The position numbers and the translations under genes are program-made. Positions 1-10,026 of a DNA stretch of 64,000 nt are shown piece after piece (position 1 is the first letter of the stretch; every line of letters begins with the position of its first letter). Where the stretch lies: positions 7,918 through 71,917 of the forward strand of contig CBFIDX010000004.1 of NCBI GenBank assembly GCA_965661505.1. Direction: 5' to 3'. Under the pieces are notes generated by a model. The model was not told where the DNA came from. It saw nothing but the letters and a program-made list of their open reading frames with translations, and searched no databases. This stretch comes from Flavobacteriales bacterium. Lineage in GTDB: Bacteria; Bacteroidota; Bacteroidia; Flavobacteriales; UBA7312.

Positions 1-465
1 GGTAGAACTGCATCTGGTGTTAGAGGAGTAACATTAGCACATGATAAAGATGAAGTAATTGGAATGATATGTGTGGACGATTTAGAATCTAGTGTTTTAG
101 TTGTTTCATCAAATGGTTACGGAAAACGATCAAGCATAGAAGATTATCGAATTACTAATAGGGGAGGTAAGGGTGTTAAAACAATTAACGTAACGGATAA
201 AACCGGAGAGTTAATTGCATTAAAAAATGTTACCGACGAAAATGATTTGATGGTCGTTAATAAGTCTGGAATTACTATCAGAATATCGGTTGCTGAACTC
301 AGAGAAATGGGTAGAGCTACTCAAGGTGTAAGAATTATTAAATTAAAAGAAGGAGATTCCATTGCTGCCGTTGCAAAAGTTCCTGCTGCTGATGATGTAG
401 AAGATACGGAGGGTGAAGGGGCTACTGATAACACTATACCTCAAAACGAAGAGTCAACAGACTAA
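1..465 (+). CDS. gyrA: DNA gyrase subunit A, C-terminal fragment (5' part outside window)
   Basis: Frame 1 is open from base 1 (GRTASGVRGV...). The repeated beta-pinwheel blade motifs (YRITNRGGKGVKTI, GRATQGVRIIKL) and acidic tail are typical of the GyrA C-terminal domain. Confidence 0.9.
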   Translation, partial: GRTASGVRGVTLAHDKDEVIGMICVDDLESSVLVVSSNGYGKRSSIEDYRITNRGGKGVKTINVTDKTGELIALKNVTDENDLMVVNKSGITIRISVAELREMGRATQGVRIIKLKEGDSIAAVAKVPAADDVEDTEGEGATDNTIPQNEESTD

Positions 466-485
466 CCCTATTCTTTTCCAACATT

Positions 486-517
486 AAAAAGGGCACTTAT
501 AATCTAGTGCCCTTTTT
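486..517 (+). terminator. Rho-independent terminator after gyrA
   Basis: Stem gggcact (491-497) pairs with agtgccc (506-512) around an 8-nt loop. It is flanked by aaaaa (486-490) and ttttt (513-517). Confidence 0.6.
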
Positions 518-519
518 CT

Positions 520-527
520 TATATTTG
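520..527 (+). promoter_or_regulatory. Bacteroidota -7 promoter box (TAnnTTTG) for the M16 peptidase gene
   Basis: TATATTTG is an exact match to TAnnTTTG and lies 21 nt upstream of the ATG at 549. Confidence 0.4.
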
Positions 528-548
528 CACTCATTACTAAAATTTTAA

Positions 549-3365
549 ATGATGAAAAACGTATTTTTAATCCTAGCTTCCCTTCTAATAGTTACAAACT
601 TACAAGGACAAACACTAATTGAAAAAATTGTTCCTGCACCTGGCAGTATTGACATTGCTTATGAGAGCTGGAAACTTGACAATGGTCTAACTATAATCGT
701 TCATGAAGATCACTCTGATCCCATTGTACACGTAGAAGTAACCTATCACGTAGGTTCCAACAGGGAGCAAATAGGGATGACCGGCTTCGCCCACTTTTTT
801 GAGCACATGATGTTTCAAGGCTCTGATAATGTAGCCGATGAGGAACATTTTAAAATTGTTTCTGAATCGGGAGGAACATTAAATGGCACAACTAATAGAG
901 ATAGAACAAATTACTTTGAGACATTACCAAGCAATCAACTAGAAACAGCACTTTGGTTAGAATCTGATAGGATGGGTTATTTTTTAGATGCAGTAACAGA
1001 GGAGAAATTTGCAAATCAAAGAGATGCTGTTAAGAATGAAAAAATGCAGAATCAGATCAATGTTCCTTATGGATTATTTTATGAAGTGATGAGCCAAACA
1101 TTGTATCCAAATGGACACCCTTATAGCTGGCCAACAATAGGATATGTAGATGATTTAGACAGGGTCACAGTACAAGAGTTGAAGGATTTTTTTATGAGGT
1201 GGTACGGGCCTAACAATGCTTATTTAGTAGTGGCAGGAGATGTTGATACAGAAGAAGTAGTTCAACTAGCGCAAAAATATTTCGGCCCTATCCCAAGAGG
1301 TGCAGAAGTAAGAGATCTAAGAGTACCTAGAGTCAATTTACCACAACATAAGTATAGAAAGTTTGCCGATCAGATATACTTTCCAATGGCTTCATTTGTG
1401 TACCCTACTGTCCCAAATTATCATAAAGACGAGCCTTCCCTTGATGCTTTAGCTGATATGATGGGAGGGGGGAACAATTCGCCGTTCTATCAGGCATTTG
1501 TAAAAACCGAAAAAGCAGTGCAAGCATCGGTTAGTCACCCTTGTTATGAGTTAGCTGGTGAGTTCATGATTAATGTAGTATCGTATCCAGAATATACTTT
1601 TGCCGAAGTAGAGGAGGAGTTCAATAATATGATCAATAATTTTGATCAAAATATTACTGAGGAAGCATTAAAGCGATTCAAAACAAAAATGCGTTCGCAA
1701 CTAATTGAAGGCCTTTCAAGTGTTAGCGGAAAAGCATCTCAATTAACAGGTTGGGCTTATCTGCTAGATGAATCTTACAACTTTGAAAAGGAGCTGGCTA
1801 GGTATAATGCGATTACCTTAGAAGATGTGGTAAAGGTTTACAGCAAGTATATAAAAAATAAAAAATCTGCAATAATTGATTATTATCCATTGCCTTTTGG
1901 ATCAACAGACTCTGTTCAATCTATCAATCCTAATGCACATATTCCTTTCAAAAAAGATAAGCAATACGAAGGATTAACATATGAAAAACCAAGCGATAAT
2001 TTTGATCGATCGAGCAGACCATCAGTTCCAGAAGCTAAACCTGTTCAAATTCCTACTTATTATCAAGGAACGGTAAAAAACCTTTTGGCCGAAACAGGTG
2101 ATGGAATCCCATTTATTGGTACGGAAACGACTGAGGTACCTAAGGTGACAATATTGATTACGCTAGAGGGAGGAGACTTATTGTTACAAGAAAATGTTAA
2201 ACAAGCTGGTTTGCCTCAATTAACAGCCATGATGCTGCAAGAGGGTACACAAAATTTCACTACTGAAGAAATCAGCTTGAAGTTAGATGAATTAGGAAGC
2301 TCTATCTCTTTCAATAGCGGAAGTAGAAGCTCAAGTATTTTTGTTTCTTGTTTAGTGGATAATATTGATGCTACACTAGAAGTTTTGGAAGAAAAGTTAT
2401 TCAGACCAGGTTTTAGATCTGATGATTTCAAGAGAGTTAAAAAGGCTTACAGAGAATCTATAAATAATGACAAAAAATCTGCCAACACCATGGCTAGAAT
2501 TGCCTTCAATCAGATGATGTATGGAGAGAAAAATGTTAGAGGTGTATCGCCATCTGTCAAAAGTGTTGACAAACTAAAACTATCAGATGTTGAAAGTTTC
2601 TATAAGAAACAATATTCACCAAAGCTAGCCAGTTTGGTTATAGTTGGAGATATTCCTCAATCAGAAATTATGCCTAAACTTTCTTTCCTAAATGAGTGGA
2701 AGGGAGAAAGAACAAATATTAACAAAAACTTAAATCAAGAAAATATAGTTGGCAAAACTATATACTTAGTTCACAAACCAGGCCCTCAATCCATTATTTT
2801 AATGGGACATCATGGATTAAAATATGACGTTACGGGAGATTACTTTAAATCTCAGGTGATGAATTACGTTCTTGGAGGAGCCTTTAATAGTAGGCTTAAC
2901 CTAAACTTAAGAGAGGATAAAGGATATACCTATGGAATTCGCTCAGGCTTTAATGGAAATGATACGGATGGAAGTTTTAGTATATCTGCCTCAGTAAAAG
3001 GAGAAGCAACGGATAGTTCCCTCACACAGATATTTCTTGAATTAGAAGGGTACTTAAGCGAAGGAATTACGCAAGAAGAGTTGAATTTTACTAAAAATTC
3101 CATTGCAAATTCTGATGCCCTTAGGTATGAAACACCCGGGCAAAAAGCTCGCTTCTTAAGTAGGATACAACGTTATAACCTTGATCAAAACTATACTACT
3201 CAACAAAGAGATATATTACAAGGCTTTACTACTGATGATATTCACGAAATAGCAAAGAAGAATATTGATAAAGAAAACATGGTTATTGTTGTTGTCGGTA
3301 ATAAATACTCTCTAAAAGAGAAGTTAAGTAAGTTTGGGAAAGTTCAAGAAATAAAACTAAAATAA
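549..3365 (+). CDS. Secreted M16 (pitrilysin/insulinase) family zinc peptidase, double-unit
   Basis: 938 aa with an N-terminal signal peptide. It has the inverted zinc motif HFFEHMMF (HxxEH) and a downstream NEK glutamate region, followed by a second, inactive M16-like half. Confidence 0.85.
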   Translation: MMKNVFLILASLLIVTNLQGQTLIEKIVPAPGSIDIAYESWKLDNGLTIIVHEDHSDPIVHVEVTYHVGSNREQIGMTGFAHFFEHMMFQGSDNVADEEHFKIVSESGGTLNGTTNRDRTNYFETLPSNQLETALWLESDRMGYFLDAVTEEKFANQRDAVKNEKMQNQINVPYGLFYEVMSQTLYPNGHPYSWPTIGYVDDLDRVTVQELKDFFMRWYGPNNAYLVVAGDVDTEEVVQLAQKYFGPIPRGAEVRDLRVPRVNLPQHKYRKFADQIYFPMASFVYPTVPNYHKDEPSLDALADMMGGGNNSPFYQAFVKTEKAVQASVSHPCYELAGEFMINVVSYPEYTFAEVEEEFNNMINNFDQNITEEALKRFKTKMRSQLIEGLSSVSGKASQLTGWAYLLDESYNFEKELARYNAITLEDVVKVYSKYIKNKKSAIIDYYPLPFGSTDSVQSINPNAHIPFKKDKQYEGLTYEKPSDNFDRSSRPSVPEAKPVQIPTYYQGTVKNLLAETGDGIPFIGTETTEVPKVTILITLEGGDLLLQENVKQAGLPQLTAMMLQEGTQNFTTEEISLKLDELGSSISFNSGSRSSSIFVSCLVDNIDATLEVLEEKLFRPGFRSDDFKRVKKAYRESINNDKKSANTMARIAFNQMMYGEKNVRGVSPSVKSVDKLKLSDVESFYKKQYSPKLASLVIVGDIPQSEIMPKLSFLNEWKGERTNINKNLNQENIVGKTIYLVHKPGPQSIILMGHHGLKYDVTGDYFKSQVMNYVLGGAFNSRLNLNLREDKGYTYGIRSGFNGNDTDGSFSISASVKGEATDSSLTQIFLELEGYLSEGITQEELNFTKNSIANSDALRYETPGQKARFLSRIQRYNLDQNYTTQQRDILQGFTTDDIHEIAKKNIDKENMVIVVVGNKYSLKEKLSKFGKVQEIKLK

Positions 3366-3366
3366 A

Positions 3367-4521
3367 ATGAAAAAGAAAAATCTATTAATTGTACTGTTTG
3401 TAAGCATCAGTTTAAGTGTTTTTGCTCAAAAAAAGAATGTTCAAAATGCCATCGATGCAATGAAAGATGACAACATCGAGGAAGCCATTAAATACATTGA
3501 GTTAGCAGCTTCAAACCCTAGCTCATCAGACTACTATAAAACGCACGATAAAAGAGGTGAAATTTATTTCGAAGTATATTCTAATGATGAGTATAAGCAG
3601 TTTGATAAGATGGCTGCACTGAAATGTGCCGAAAGCTATGAGGCATTAGCAAATCACCCAAAAGCCAAAAAGTGGTTTAGCGATGATGAAATAAATACCA
3701 GAATTACCAATGCAGGAGTGGCCCTGTTTAATGCAGGTGTTGGATTGCACAGTAATGGAGATTACAAAGAAGCCTTACAACATTACAATAAAATTTTTGA
3801 TTTGCTTCCTTTAGATAAATCAGGAAATCTATCAAGAAGCAATGTAACCAAAGAGAGCGTTTGGTTCAATGCCTTTTTTGTAGCCTACGATACCAAAGAT
3901 TATGAACTAGCTAAAGATTATCTTCAAAAATTGATTGATGTTGCTTATCAAGAGCCAAAAATATATTCGTTCATGGCAAATATATATCAAGAGCAAGATA
4001 ATATGGAAAAGGCTTTTGAATACATTCGTTTAGGACGTGAAATGTTTGAATACAATGTTGATTTAATTATTGCTGAATTAAACTATCATCTTGCTAATCA
4101 GGACTTTGAAAAAGCAGAAGAACTTTTAACACTAGCAATAGAAGAAGACCCTAATAATCATCAATTATTTTTTGCTTTGGGAAGTAGTTACGACAACCTT
4201 GGTCAATTTGACAAAGCTGTCTCTGCTTACGAAGAAGCAGTAGCTATAAAATCAGATTTCTTCGATGCTTTATATAATCTAGGTGTGTTGTTCTATAATA
4301 AGGGAGGAGATATGATAAAAGAAGCAAACAATATGAGTGATTGGAAAAAAGCCGATGCTCACACTAAAAAAGCAGAAACAACGATGTTAAAAGCATTGCC
4401 ACATATTGAAGCTTGTTATGAGATTGATGAAAATGATAAGAACATACTATTGATACTCAAAGAGCTATATTACCGTAATGGTAATACCGATGCTTACAAC
4501 GAAATAGTTAAGAAAATTTAA
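3367..4521 (+). CDS. TPR-repeat protein with signal peptide
   Basis: 384 aa with a signal peptide (SVFAQ). It contains repeated 34-residue A/Y/L patterns such as ALGSSYDNLGQFDKAVSAYEEAVAIKSDF. It starts 1 nt after the M16 stop. Confidence 0.6.
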   Translation: MKKKNLLIVLFVSISLSVFAQKKNVQNAIDAMKDDNIEEAIKYIELAASNPSSSDYYKTHDKRGEIYFEVYSNDEYKQFDKMAALKCAESYEALANHPKAKKWFSDDEINTRITNAGVALFNAGVGLHSNGDYKEALQHYNKIFDLLPLDKSGNLSRSNVTKESVWFNAFFVAYDTKDYELAKDYLQKLIDVAYQEPKIYSFMANIYQEQDNMEKAFEYIRLGREMFEYNVDLIIAELNYHLANQDFEKAEELLTLAIEEDPNNHQLFFALGSSYDNLGQFDKAVSAYEEAVAIKSDFFDALYNLGVLFYNKGGDMIKEANNMSDWKKADAHTKKAETTMLKALPHIEACYEIDENDKNILLILKELYYRNGNTDAYNEIVKKI

Positions 4522-4579
4522 TCACATTTTTTCATATCGTTTTTATTAATTTTTTCTTTAAACGTTTTATTAAATCAAT

Positions 4580-7102
4580 ATGACCCATATTAAAAAATTT
4601 GTTTTTCTTTCTTTTTTTCTGTTTAGTAATATTGCTTTTTCACAACTTCAATTTTCTTCATTAAACAGTAAATTTCCCATAAAAAAGAAAAAAGTCAAAG
4701 TTCTTAATGAAATCGATGAAAAGACCAAGTCATGCAGATCAATTGTGGGTTTGTTTACTATTTATCAGAATAATAAAAATGGAAAATCCTTCATAGAAAT
4801 TGATACTTCCCATATTGATCAGGAGTTTCTTTATTTTAGTTATTTTGAAAATGGTGTTACCGACGCAGGTGCTGTGAGAGGAAGGTATAGGGGGTCTAAA
4901 GTTATTAAAATTCAAAAGTTTTATAATAAAATTGATTTTGTAATAGAAAATACAAAATACTTCTTTGATAAAGATAACCCTTTAAGCAAATCCTCAAAAG
5001 CAAATATCAATACCCCTCTAATTATTTCTGAGGAGATTATAGCTACCAGCCCTTGCAAAACTAAATTTTTGATAAGTGCTGATAATATTTTTCTTAATGA
5101 ATCATTTCAACAGGTCAAATATTCATACAGTCCAAAGTATAGAGGCTTTAAGCTAGGGGGCATAAACAAAGAAAAAACAAGGTATTTGAAGATAAAAAGT
5201 TATCCAGAAAATACGGATATTATAGTCAATTATGTTTACGAAAGTAAATACCCTCCAGTAAGAGGAGGGCAAGCTATTACAGACTCTCGAAGTGTGTCTA
5301 TTGTTGTTCAACACAGTTTAGTGAAAATGCCAGATGATGGTTTTGTTCCTAGGTTAGATGATACTCGCGTTGGGTATTTTACAACCCAATCAAATAATAT
5401 GACAAGCATCGACCGGGTAAATTATCGAGATTTCATAAACAAATGGAGATTAGAAAAGAAAGAGCCTGAAAAAGAACTTTCGGAGGCCGTAAACCCCATT
5501 GTCTATTGGATCGAAAATACCACTCCTCATGATCTAAGAGATATAATAAAGGAGGGAGTAGAGTCTTGGAATATTGCTTTTGAGAAAGCGGGCTTTTTAA
5601 ATGCTATTCAAGTAAAAGTTCAGCCTGATAGTGCTGATTGGGATGCAGGCGATATAAGATACAATGTGTTGAGATGGACTTCTTCACCAAATCCACCATG
5701 GGGAGGCTACGGCCCATCATTTGTTAATCCAAAAACAGGTGAAATTCTTGGTGCTGACATTATGTTGGAATGGACTTACATTACCAACAGAATAGTTGCC
5801 GATGAGTTATTCAACGAATCAGCAGACAATCATCATTATTGTAATGCTGCCAAACATCATCAGATTGAAAATTTGTTTGCAAAAAATTATTTAAAATCCT
5901 TGGATTTATCCGAAGAGATTGAAAAAGAGTTGGTCAAACAGTCATTATATAGACTAGTACTACACGAAGTAGGACATACATTAGGTTTAAGTCATAATTT
6001 TAAAGGATCACTATTGCTTAGTAATGATGAATTAAATGATAAAAACATCGTGAATGAGAGAGGGGTATGTTCATCCGTTATGGAATACCCAGCAATTAAT
6101 ATAGCTAGAAATCCTGAAAATCAAGGATTATTTTTTGATGTAAAACCAGGCATTTATGATATCTGGGCCATACAGTATGGCTATACAACCTTTAATAAAC
6201 AAGAGGATGAAATTGATTCTCTCTCTGAAATTTTATCAAGATCAGTAGAAAAAGAACTTGCTTTTGCTAATGATGCATTTGACATGAGGTATCCTGGAAA
6301 AGGTACTGACCCAAATGCCATGATTTACGATTTGTCAAGTAATCCTGTTGAACACTCTTTAGAGAAAATACATAAAATTTTAACTATGGTCGAGAGCCTT
6401 AGAGAAAGGTATATTGAAACAAATGACACATATGAAGAGTTTTATCGATCATATAGAACACTATTGTTTTCATATTATCAATCTTTAAATATTATTTCAA
6501 GACAGATTGGGGGAGTTGAAGTAGATCTTGCTCATACAGATCAAAACTCTCTTGCCAAACCATTCAAAAGTGTTGAAAAGGCTTTACAGATTGAAGCATT
6601 AAATATTTTAGCAGAATATGGATTTAGCAATAAAATTTTATTAAGTCCTGAATCAATACCATTTTTACAGAAACAAAGAAGAGGATTCACTGTTTCTAAA
6701 GATCCAAATATTCATCAATTAGTTTTAGCTTACCAAAATCGTTTGTTAGATCATCTTTTGCATCCAAAAGTTTTACAAAGAATTACTAATTCAAGCTTAT
6801 ATGGAAATAAATATCAAATTTCTGAATATCTTATTGATTTAAGAAAAGCAATTTTTGAGGAAGATATGTATTCAGATGTTTCTACCATTAGGCAAAACCT
6901 ACAAATTAGTTATGTGAATCGATTATTGTCAATTATTGATTCAGATTCAAATTACGATAACATTGCTAAATCGTCAACATATTACAATCTAGATTGGCTA
7001 AATTCTAATCTTTCCATAAACCAAGGGAATCTTTCTACGCGTCAGCATAAAATGTTTTTAAGTTTTATTATTAAGAGCAACTTAAAAAAGCACGTTAATT
7101 AG
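4580..7102 (+). CDS. Secreted zinc-dependent metalloprotease (metzincin-like, DUF5117/DUF4953-type)
   Basis: 840 aa with a signal peptide and the extended zinc motif HEVGHTLGLSHNF (HExxHxxGxxH). Confidence 0.75.
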   Translation: MTHIKKFVFLSFFLFSNIAFSQLQFSSLNSKFPIKKKKVKVLNEIDEKTKSCRSIVGLFTIYQNNKNGKSFIEIDTSHIDQEFLYFSYFENGVTDAGAVRGRYRGSKVIKIQKFYNKIDFVIENTKYFFDKDNPLSKSSKANINTPLIISEEIIATSPCKTKFLISADNIFLNESFQQVKYSYSPKYRGFKLGGINKEKTRYLKIKSYPENTDIIVNYVYESKYPPVRGGQAITDSRSVSIVVQHSLVKMPDDGFVPRLDDTRVGYFTTQSNNMTSIDRVNYRDFINKWRLEKKEPEKELSEAVNPIVYWIENTTPHDLRDIIKEGVESWNIAFEKAGFLNAIQVKVQPDSADWDAGDIRYNVLRWTSSPNPPWGGYGPSFVNPKTGEILGADIMLEWTYITNRIVADELFNESADNHHYCNAAKHHQIENLFAKNYLKSLDLSEEIEKELVKQSLYRLVLHEVGHTLGLSHNFKGSLLLSNDELNDKNIVNERGVCSSVMEYPAINIARNPENQGLFFDVKPGIYDIWAIQYGYTTFNKQEDEIDSLSEILSRSVEKELAFANDAFDMRYPGKGTDPNAMIYDLSSNPVEHSLEKIHKILTMVESLRERYIETNDTYEEFYRSYRTLLFSYYQSLNIISRQIGGVEVDLAHTDQNSLAKPFKSVEKALQIEALNILAEYGFSNKILLSPESIPFLQKQRRGFTVSKDPNIHQLVLAYQNRLLDHLLHPKVLQRITNSSLYGNKYQISEYLIDLRKAIFEEDMYSDVSTIRQNLQISYVNRLLSIIDSDSNYDNIAKSSTYYNLDWLNSNLSINQGNLSTRQHKMFLSFIIKSNLKKHVN

Positions 7103-7184
7103 ATTTACATCTTTATGTTAGTAGGGTATAATTCAAAATATCTATTTAACATAATATTAATTATCATTCAATAGTGCAGATTGA

Positions 7185-7784
7185 CTAGAGATGGATTTTA
7201 TGATTTCTGATGATTAATCGATTATTGGCTTCTAATTTTTTTACGCTACGTATTACAGTTTCTACGCGTAAGCCAGTTAGGTTAGCAATATCCTGCCTAC
7301 TCAATTCAACACAATACTCAAACGGTTCTTGACTGTTGTATATAAAATGCTTTAAGTATAATAATAATGTAATGATTCGATGTTCAGGATTTTCAAAAGA
7401 AACTTCCTTTGCAATCATGGATTTATAATAAAAGCGATTAGCCAAATTTTTAGAGATTAAAAAATGGATTTTTGGATGATCATTTAAAAGCATCAGAAAA
7501 TTCTTTTTACTTAATTGCCATAGAATAGCCTCAGTTAGTGCTATACAGTTTGTAGGATAAGTCATAAATTCTCCTAAAATGGCTGCTTCACCTAATATGC
7601 GATTGGTAGAAAAAATAGATTGAATAAACTCTTTACCCTCAGAATTAACATTATAAATTTTCAATTCTCCTGAGTCAATTTGAAAGAAAAAACGAGGCTT
7701 TGTATGAATTTTAAACACATAATCTCCTTTACTATATCTCACTTTTTCTCCTTGATATTGGCTAAGTAATTCTTTAGGGATCAT
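7185..7784 (-). CDS. Crp/Fnr family transcriptional regulator
   Basis: 199 aa. The N-terminal part has a cNMP-binding beta-roll pattern (FFFQIDSGELKIY...GEAAILG). The C-terminal part is an HTH (SRQDIANLTGLRVETVIRSVKKL). Confidence 0.8.
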   Translation of the reverse strand: MIPKELLSQYQGEKVRYSKGDYVFKIHTKPRFFFQIDSGELKIYNVNSEGKEFIQSIFSTNRILGEAAILGEFMTYPTNCIALTEAILWQLSKKNFLMLLNDHPKIHFLISKNLANRFYYKSMIAKEVSFENPEHRIITLLLYLKHFIYNSQEPFEYCVELSRQDIANLTGLRVETVIRSVKKLEANNRLIIRNHKIHL

Positions 7785-7863
7785 TTCTTTATGATTTCAG
7801 TCATAAGATAACAATGATTATAACGTGAAATTTGTTTTATTAATATATAAAAGCAATGAACTT

Positions 7864-8109
7864 ATGAAAACTTTAAAAAATGACAACTTTTGGAAAACCT
7901 TAGAATTTAATCGATTTGCAATTATGTCATTCACCATAATTGTAGGCACAGGAATTGCTTCCATTGCTTTATTTTATTTAATGATGCTAAAAGGAAATGA
8001 CTTTTTTATTCCATTAATGCTGATTAGCACATTTGCAATGGCCTCTAATACTGCAGCAATTTCTCAAAGTCCTATTAAGTGGGTAATCGGGCTTTTTTAT
8101 CCTCCTTAA
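7864..8109 (+). CDS. Small hypothetical membrane protein (about 81 aa, 2 predicted TM segments)
   Basis: The ORF track starts at GTG 7825, but that GTG lies inside a near-consensus -7 box (gtGAAATTTG, 7825-7834). The first in-frame ATG is 7864. There are two hydrophobic stretches and no recognisable family. Confidence 0.35.
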   Translation: MKTLKNDNFWKTLEFNRFAIMSFTIIVGTGIASIALFYLMMLKGNDFFIPLMLISTFAMASNTAAISQSPIKWVIGLFYPP

Positions 8110-8151
8110 TAGTTTCGATTCTAGTGGTGCTATATAGCTTACTATAGAAAG

Positions 8152-10026
8152 CTACATTAGTTCATCTAATTCCATCCACCTGTAAGACTTTTCGTCTATT
8201 GCCTCAACGACTTTTCCTAAACGTTCACTAGATTGGGATATTTCATCAAAACTTAAAGAATTAAGTGTAAGTTTTTTTTCTAATTCAGCTTTTTCTTTTT
8301 CTAACAAAGCAATTTCTTTTTCTAGTTCTTCGTATTCGTATTTTTCCTTAAAAGTAACGTTCTTTTTAGTTTTTGATTTTTCATTTTTTATGGGAGCTTC
8401 TTTTTGGATTTGCTTACTCTTCTTTTCTTCACTTTGTTGTTTTTCACGGTATTCAGAATACGAACAATAATGATCCTCAATAAGCCCATTTCCTTTGAAA
8501 ACAAAAAGATGATCGCTTAGCTTATCCATAAAATAACGGTCATGAGATACTAATAACAAACACCCTTTAAACTGTAATAGAAACTCTTCCAATTTGTTCA
8601 AGGTTAAAAGATCTAAATCGTTTGTTGGTTCATCCAGTATTAAAAAGTTAGGATTTTTCATAAGTACTGTTAGCAGGTAAAGCCTTCTGCGCTCTCCACC
8701 ACTAAGTTTAGAAACAAAAGTGTACTGCATATCTCCAGAAAACATAAAATGCTGCAACAATTGTGATGCACTTACCTTTCTTCCGTCTGCCATGACTATC
8801 ACCTCTGCAATATCTTTCAGCACCTCGATAACACGTTTATCTTCTTTTAACTGCATGCCTTTTTGTGAAAAGTAACCGTAAACAATTGTTTCTCCTGTAT
8901 TTATTTTTCCGCTATCAGCACTTTCTTGTTGAGTAATGATATTCAAAAAAGTACTTTTACCAACTCCATTTTTACCAACAATTCCTATGCGCTCACCCTT
9001 TTTAAAGGTATAATCGAAGCCTTTTAAAATTTCTAAATCACCATAGCTTTTGTAAACTTTTTTAAGCTCTAGTATTTTGCCGCCAATACGGCTCATCTTT
9101 ACAGATAGTTGAAGTTCTTGTTTAACTTTTTTACTATTTGCTTTCTCTTTAATTTTGTAAAAACTACTTATTCTTGATTTGGATTTAGTGGTTCTAGCTT
9201 TTGGACTCCTTCTCATCCAGTCCAACTCTTTTTTCAACAATTTACCCGCTTTAGATAATTCTACATCTAGAGAGGTTTCTCTTTCCGCTCTCTTTTCTAA
9301 GAAGTAGGCGTAATTTCCTAAATGATGATATAGCTTCCCTCCTTCTAGTTCTAATATGTGGTTACACACTCTGTCTAAAAAATAGCGATCATGAGTAACC
9401 ATCAGCAGAGTGATTTTATGTTGTTGTAAAAATTTTTCCAACCATTCAATCATGTCCATATCAAGATGATTGGTGGGTTCATCCAACAATAATAATTCAG
9501 GCTGATCAAGTAATAATAAGGCTAACGCAAGGCGTTTTTGTTGTCCGCCAGACAGATCACCTACTCTTTGATTTAAGTCATGAATATTAAACTTAGAAAG
9601 GGTTTGTACAATTTGACGTTCATAATCCCATGCGTTGGCTTCATCCATCTGTGAAGTAAGGTCTTCTAGTTTTTTTTGAGATGAAGCATTGATCTGATTT
9701 GATTGCTCACTTATAGCACTTTCATAGGAGCGTATCAGTTCCATAACATGAGTGTGTGCTGAGTTTATGATTTCTTGTATGCTTAAGGAAGGATCAAACT
9801 TTGGCTCTTGCGCTAAATATCCTACTCTAATTCCATTTCTAAGTGTTACGGTACCATGGTCTGCAATATCAACGCCTGCAATGATTTTTAATAAACTAGA
9901 TTTTCCTGTGCCATTATTTGCTATCAAGGCCATCTTATCGCCTTGTGATAAGCCAAAAGTAAGCCCTTCAAATAAAATTCTCTCTCCGTAGTTTTTACCT
10001 AAATTTTCTACTGATAAATAATTCAT
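8152..10026 (-). CDS. ABC-F family ATPase (Uup/YbiT-like, no TM domain) with C-terminal coiled-coil
   Basis: 624 aa with two ABC cassettes. Walker A motifs are NGTGKSS and GKNGVGKST; signature motifs are LSGGQQKRL and LSGGERRRL. The K/E-rich coiled-coil tail resembles the Uup C-terminal domain. Confidence 0.85.
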   Translation of the reverse strand: MNYLSVENLGKNYGERILFEGLTFGLSQGDKMALIANNGTGKSSLLKIIAGVDIADHGTVTLRNGIRVGYLAQEPKFDPSLSIQEIINSAHTHVMELIRSYESAISEQSNQINASSQKKLEDLTSQMDEANAWDYERQIVQTLSKFNIHDLNQRVGDLSGGQQKRLALALLLLDQPELLLLDEPTNHLDMDMIEWLEKFLQQHKITLLMVTHDRYFLDRVCNHILELEGGKLYHHLGNYAYFLEKRAERETSLDVELSKAGKLLKKELDWMRRSPKARTTKSKSRISSFYKIKEKANSKKVKQELQLSVKMSRIGGKILELKKVYKSYGDLEILKGFDYTFKKGERIGIVGKNGVGKSTFLNIITQQESADSGKINTGETIVYGYFSQKGMQLKEDKRVIEVLKDIAEVIVMADGRKVSASQLLQHFMFSGDMQYTFVSKLSGGERRRLYLLTVLMKNPNFLILDEPTNDLDLLTLNKLEEFLLQFKGCLLLVSHDRYFMDKLSDHLFVFKGNGLIEDHYCSYSEYREKQQSEEKKSKQIQKEAPIKNEKSKTKKNVTFKEKYEYEELEKEIALLEKEKAELEKKLTLNSLSFDEISQSSERLGKVVEAIDEKSYRWMELDELM

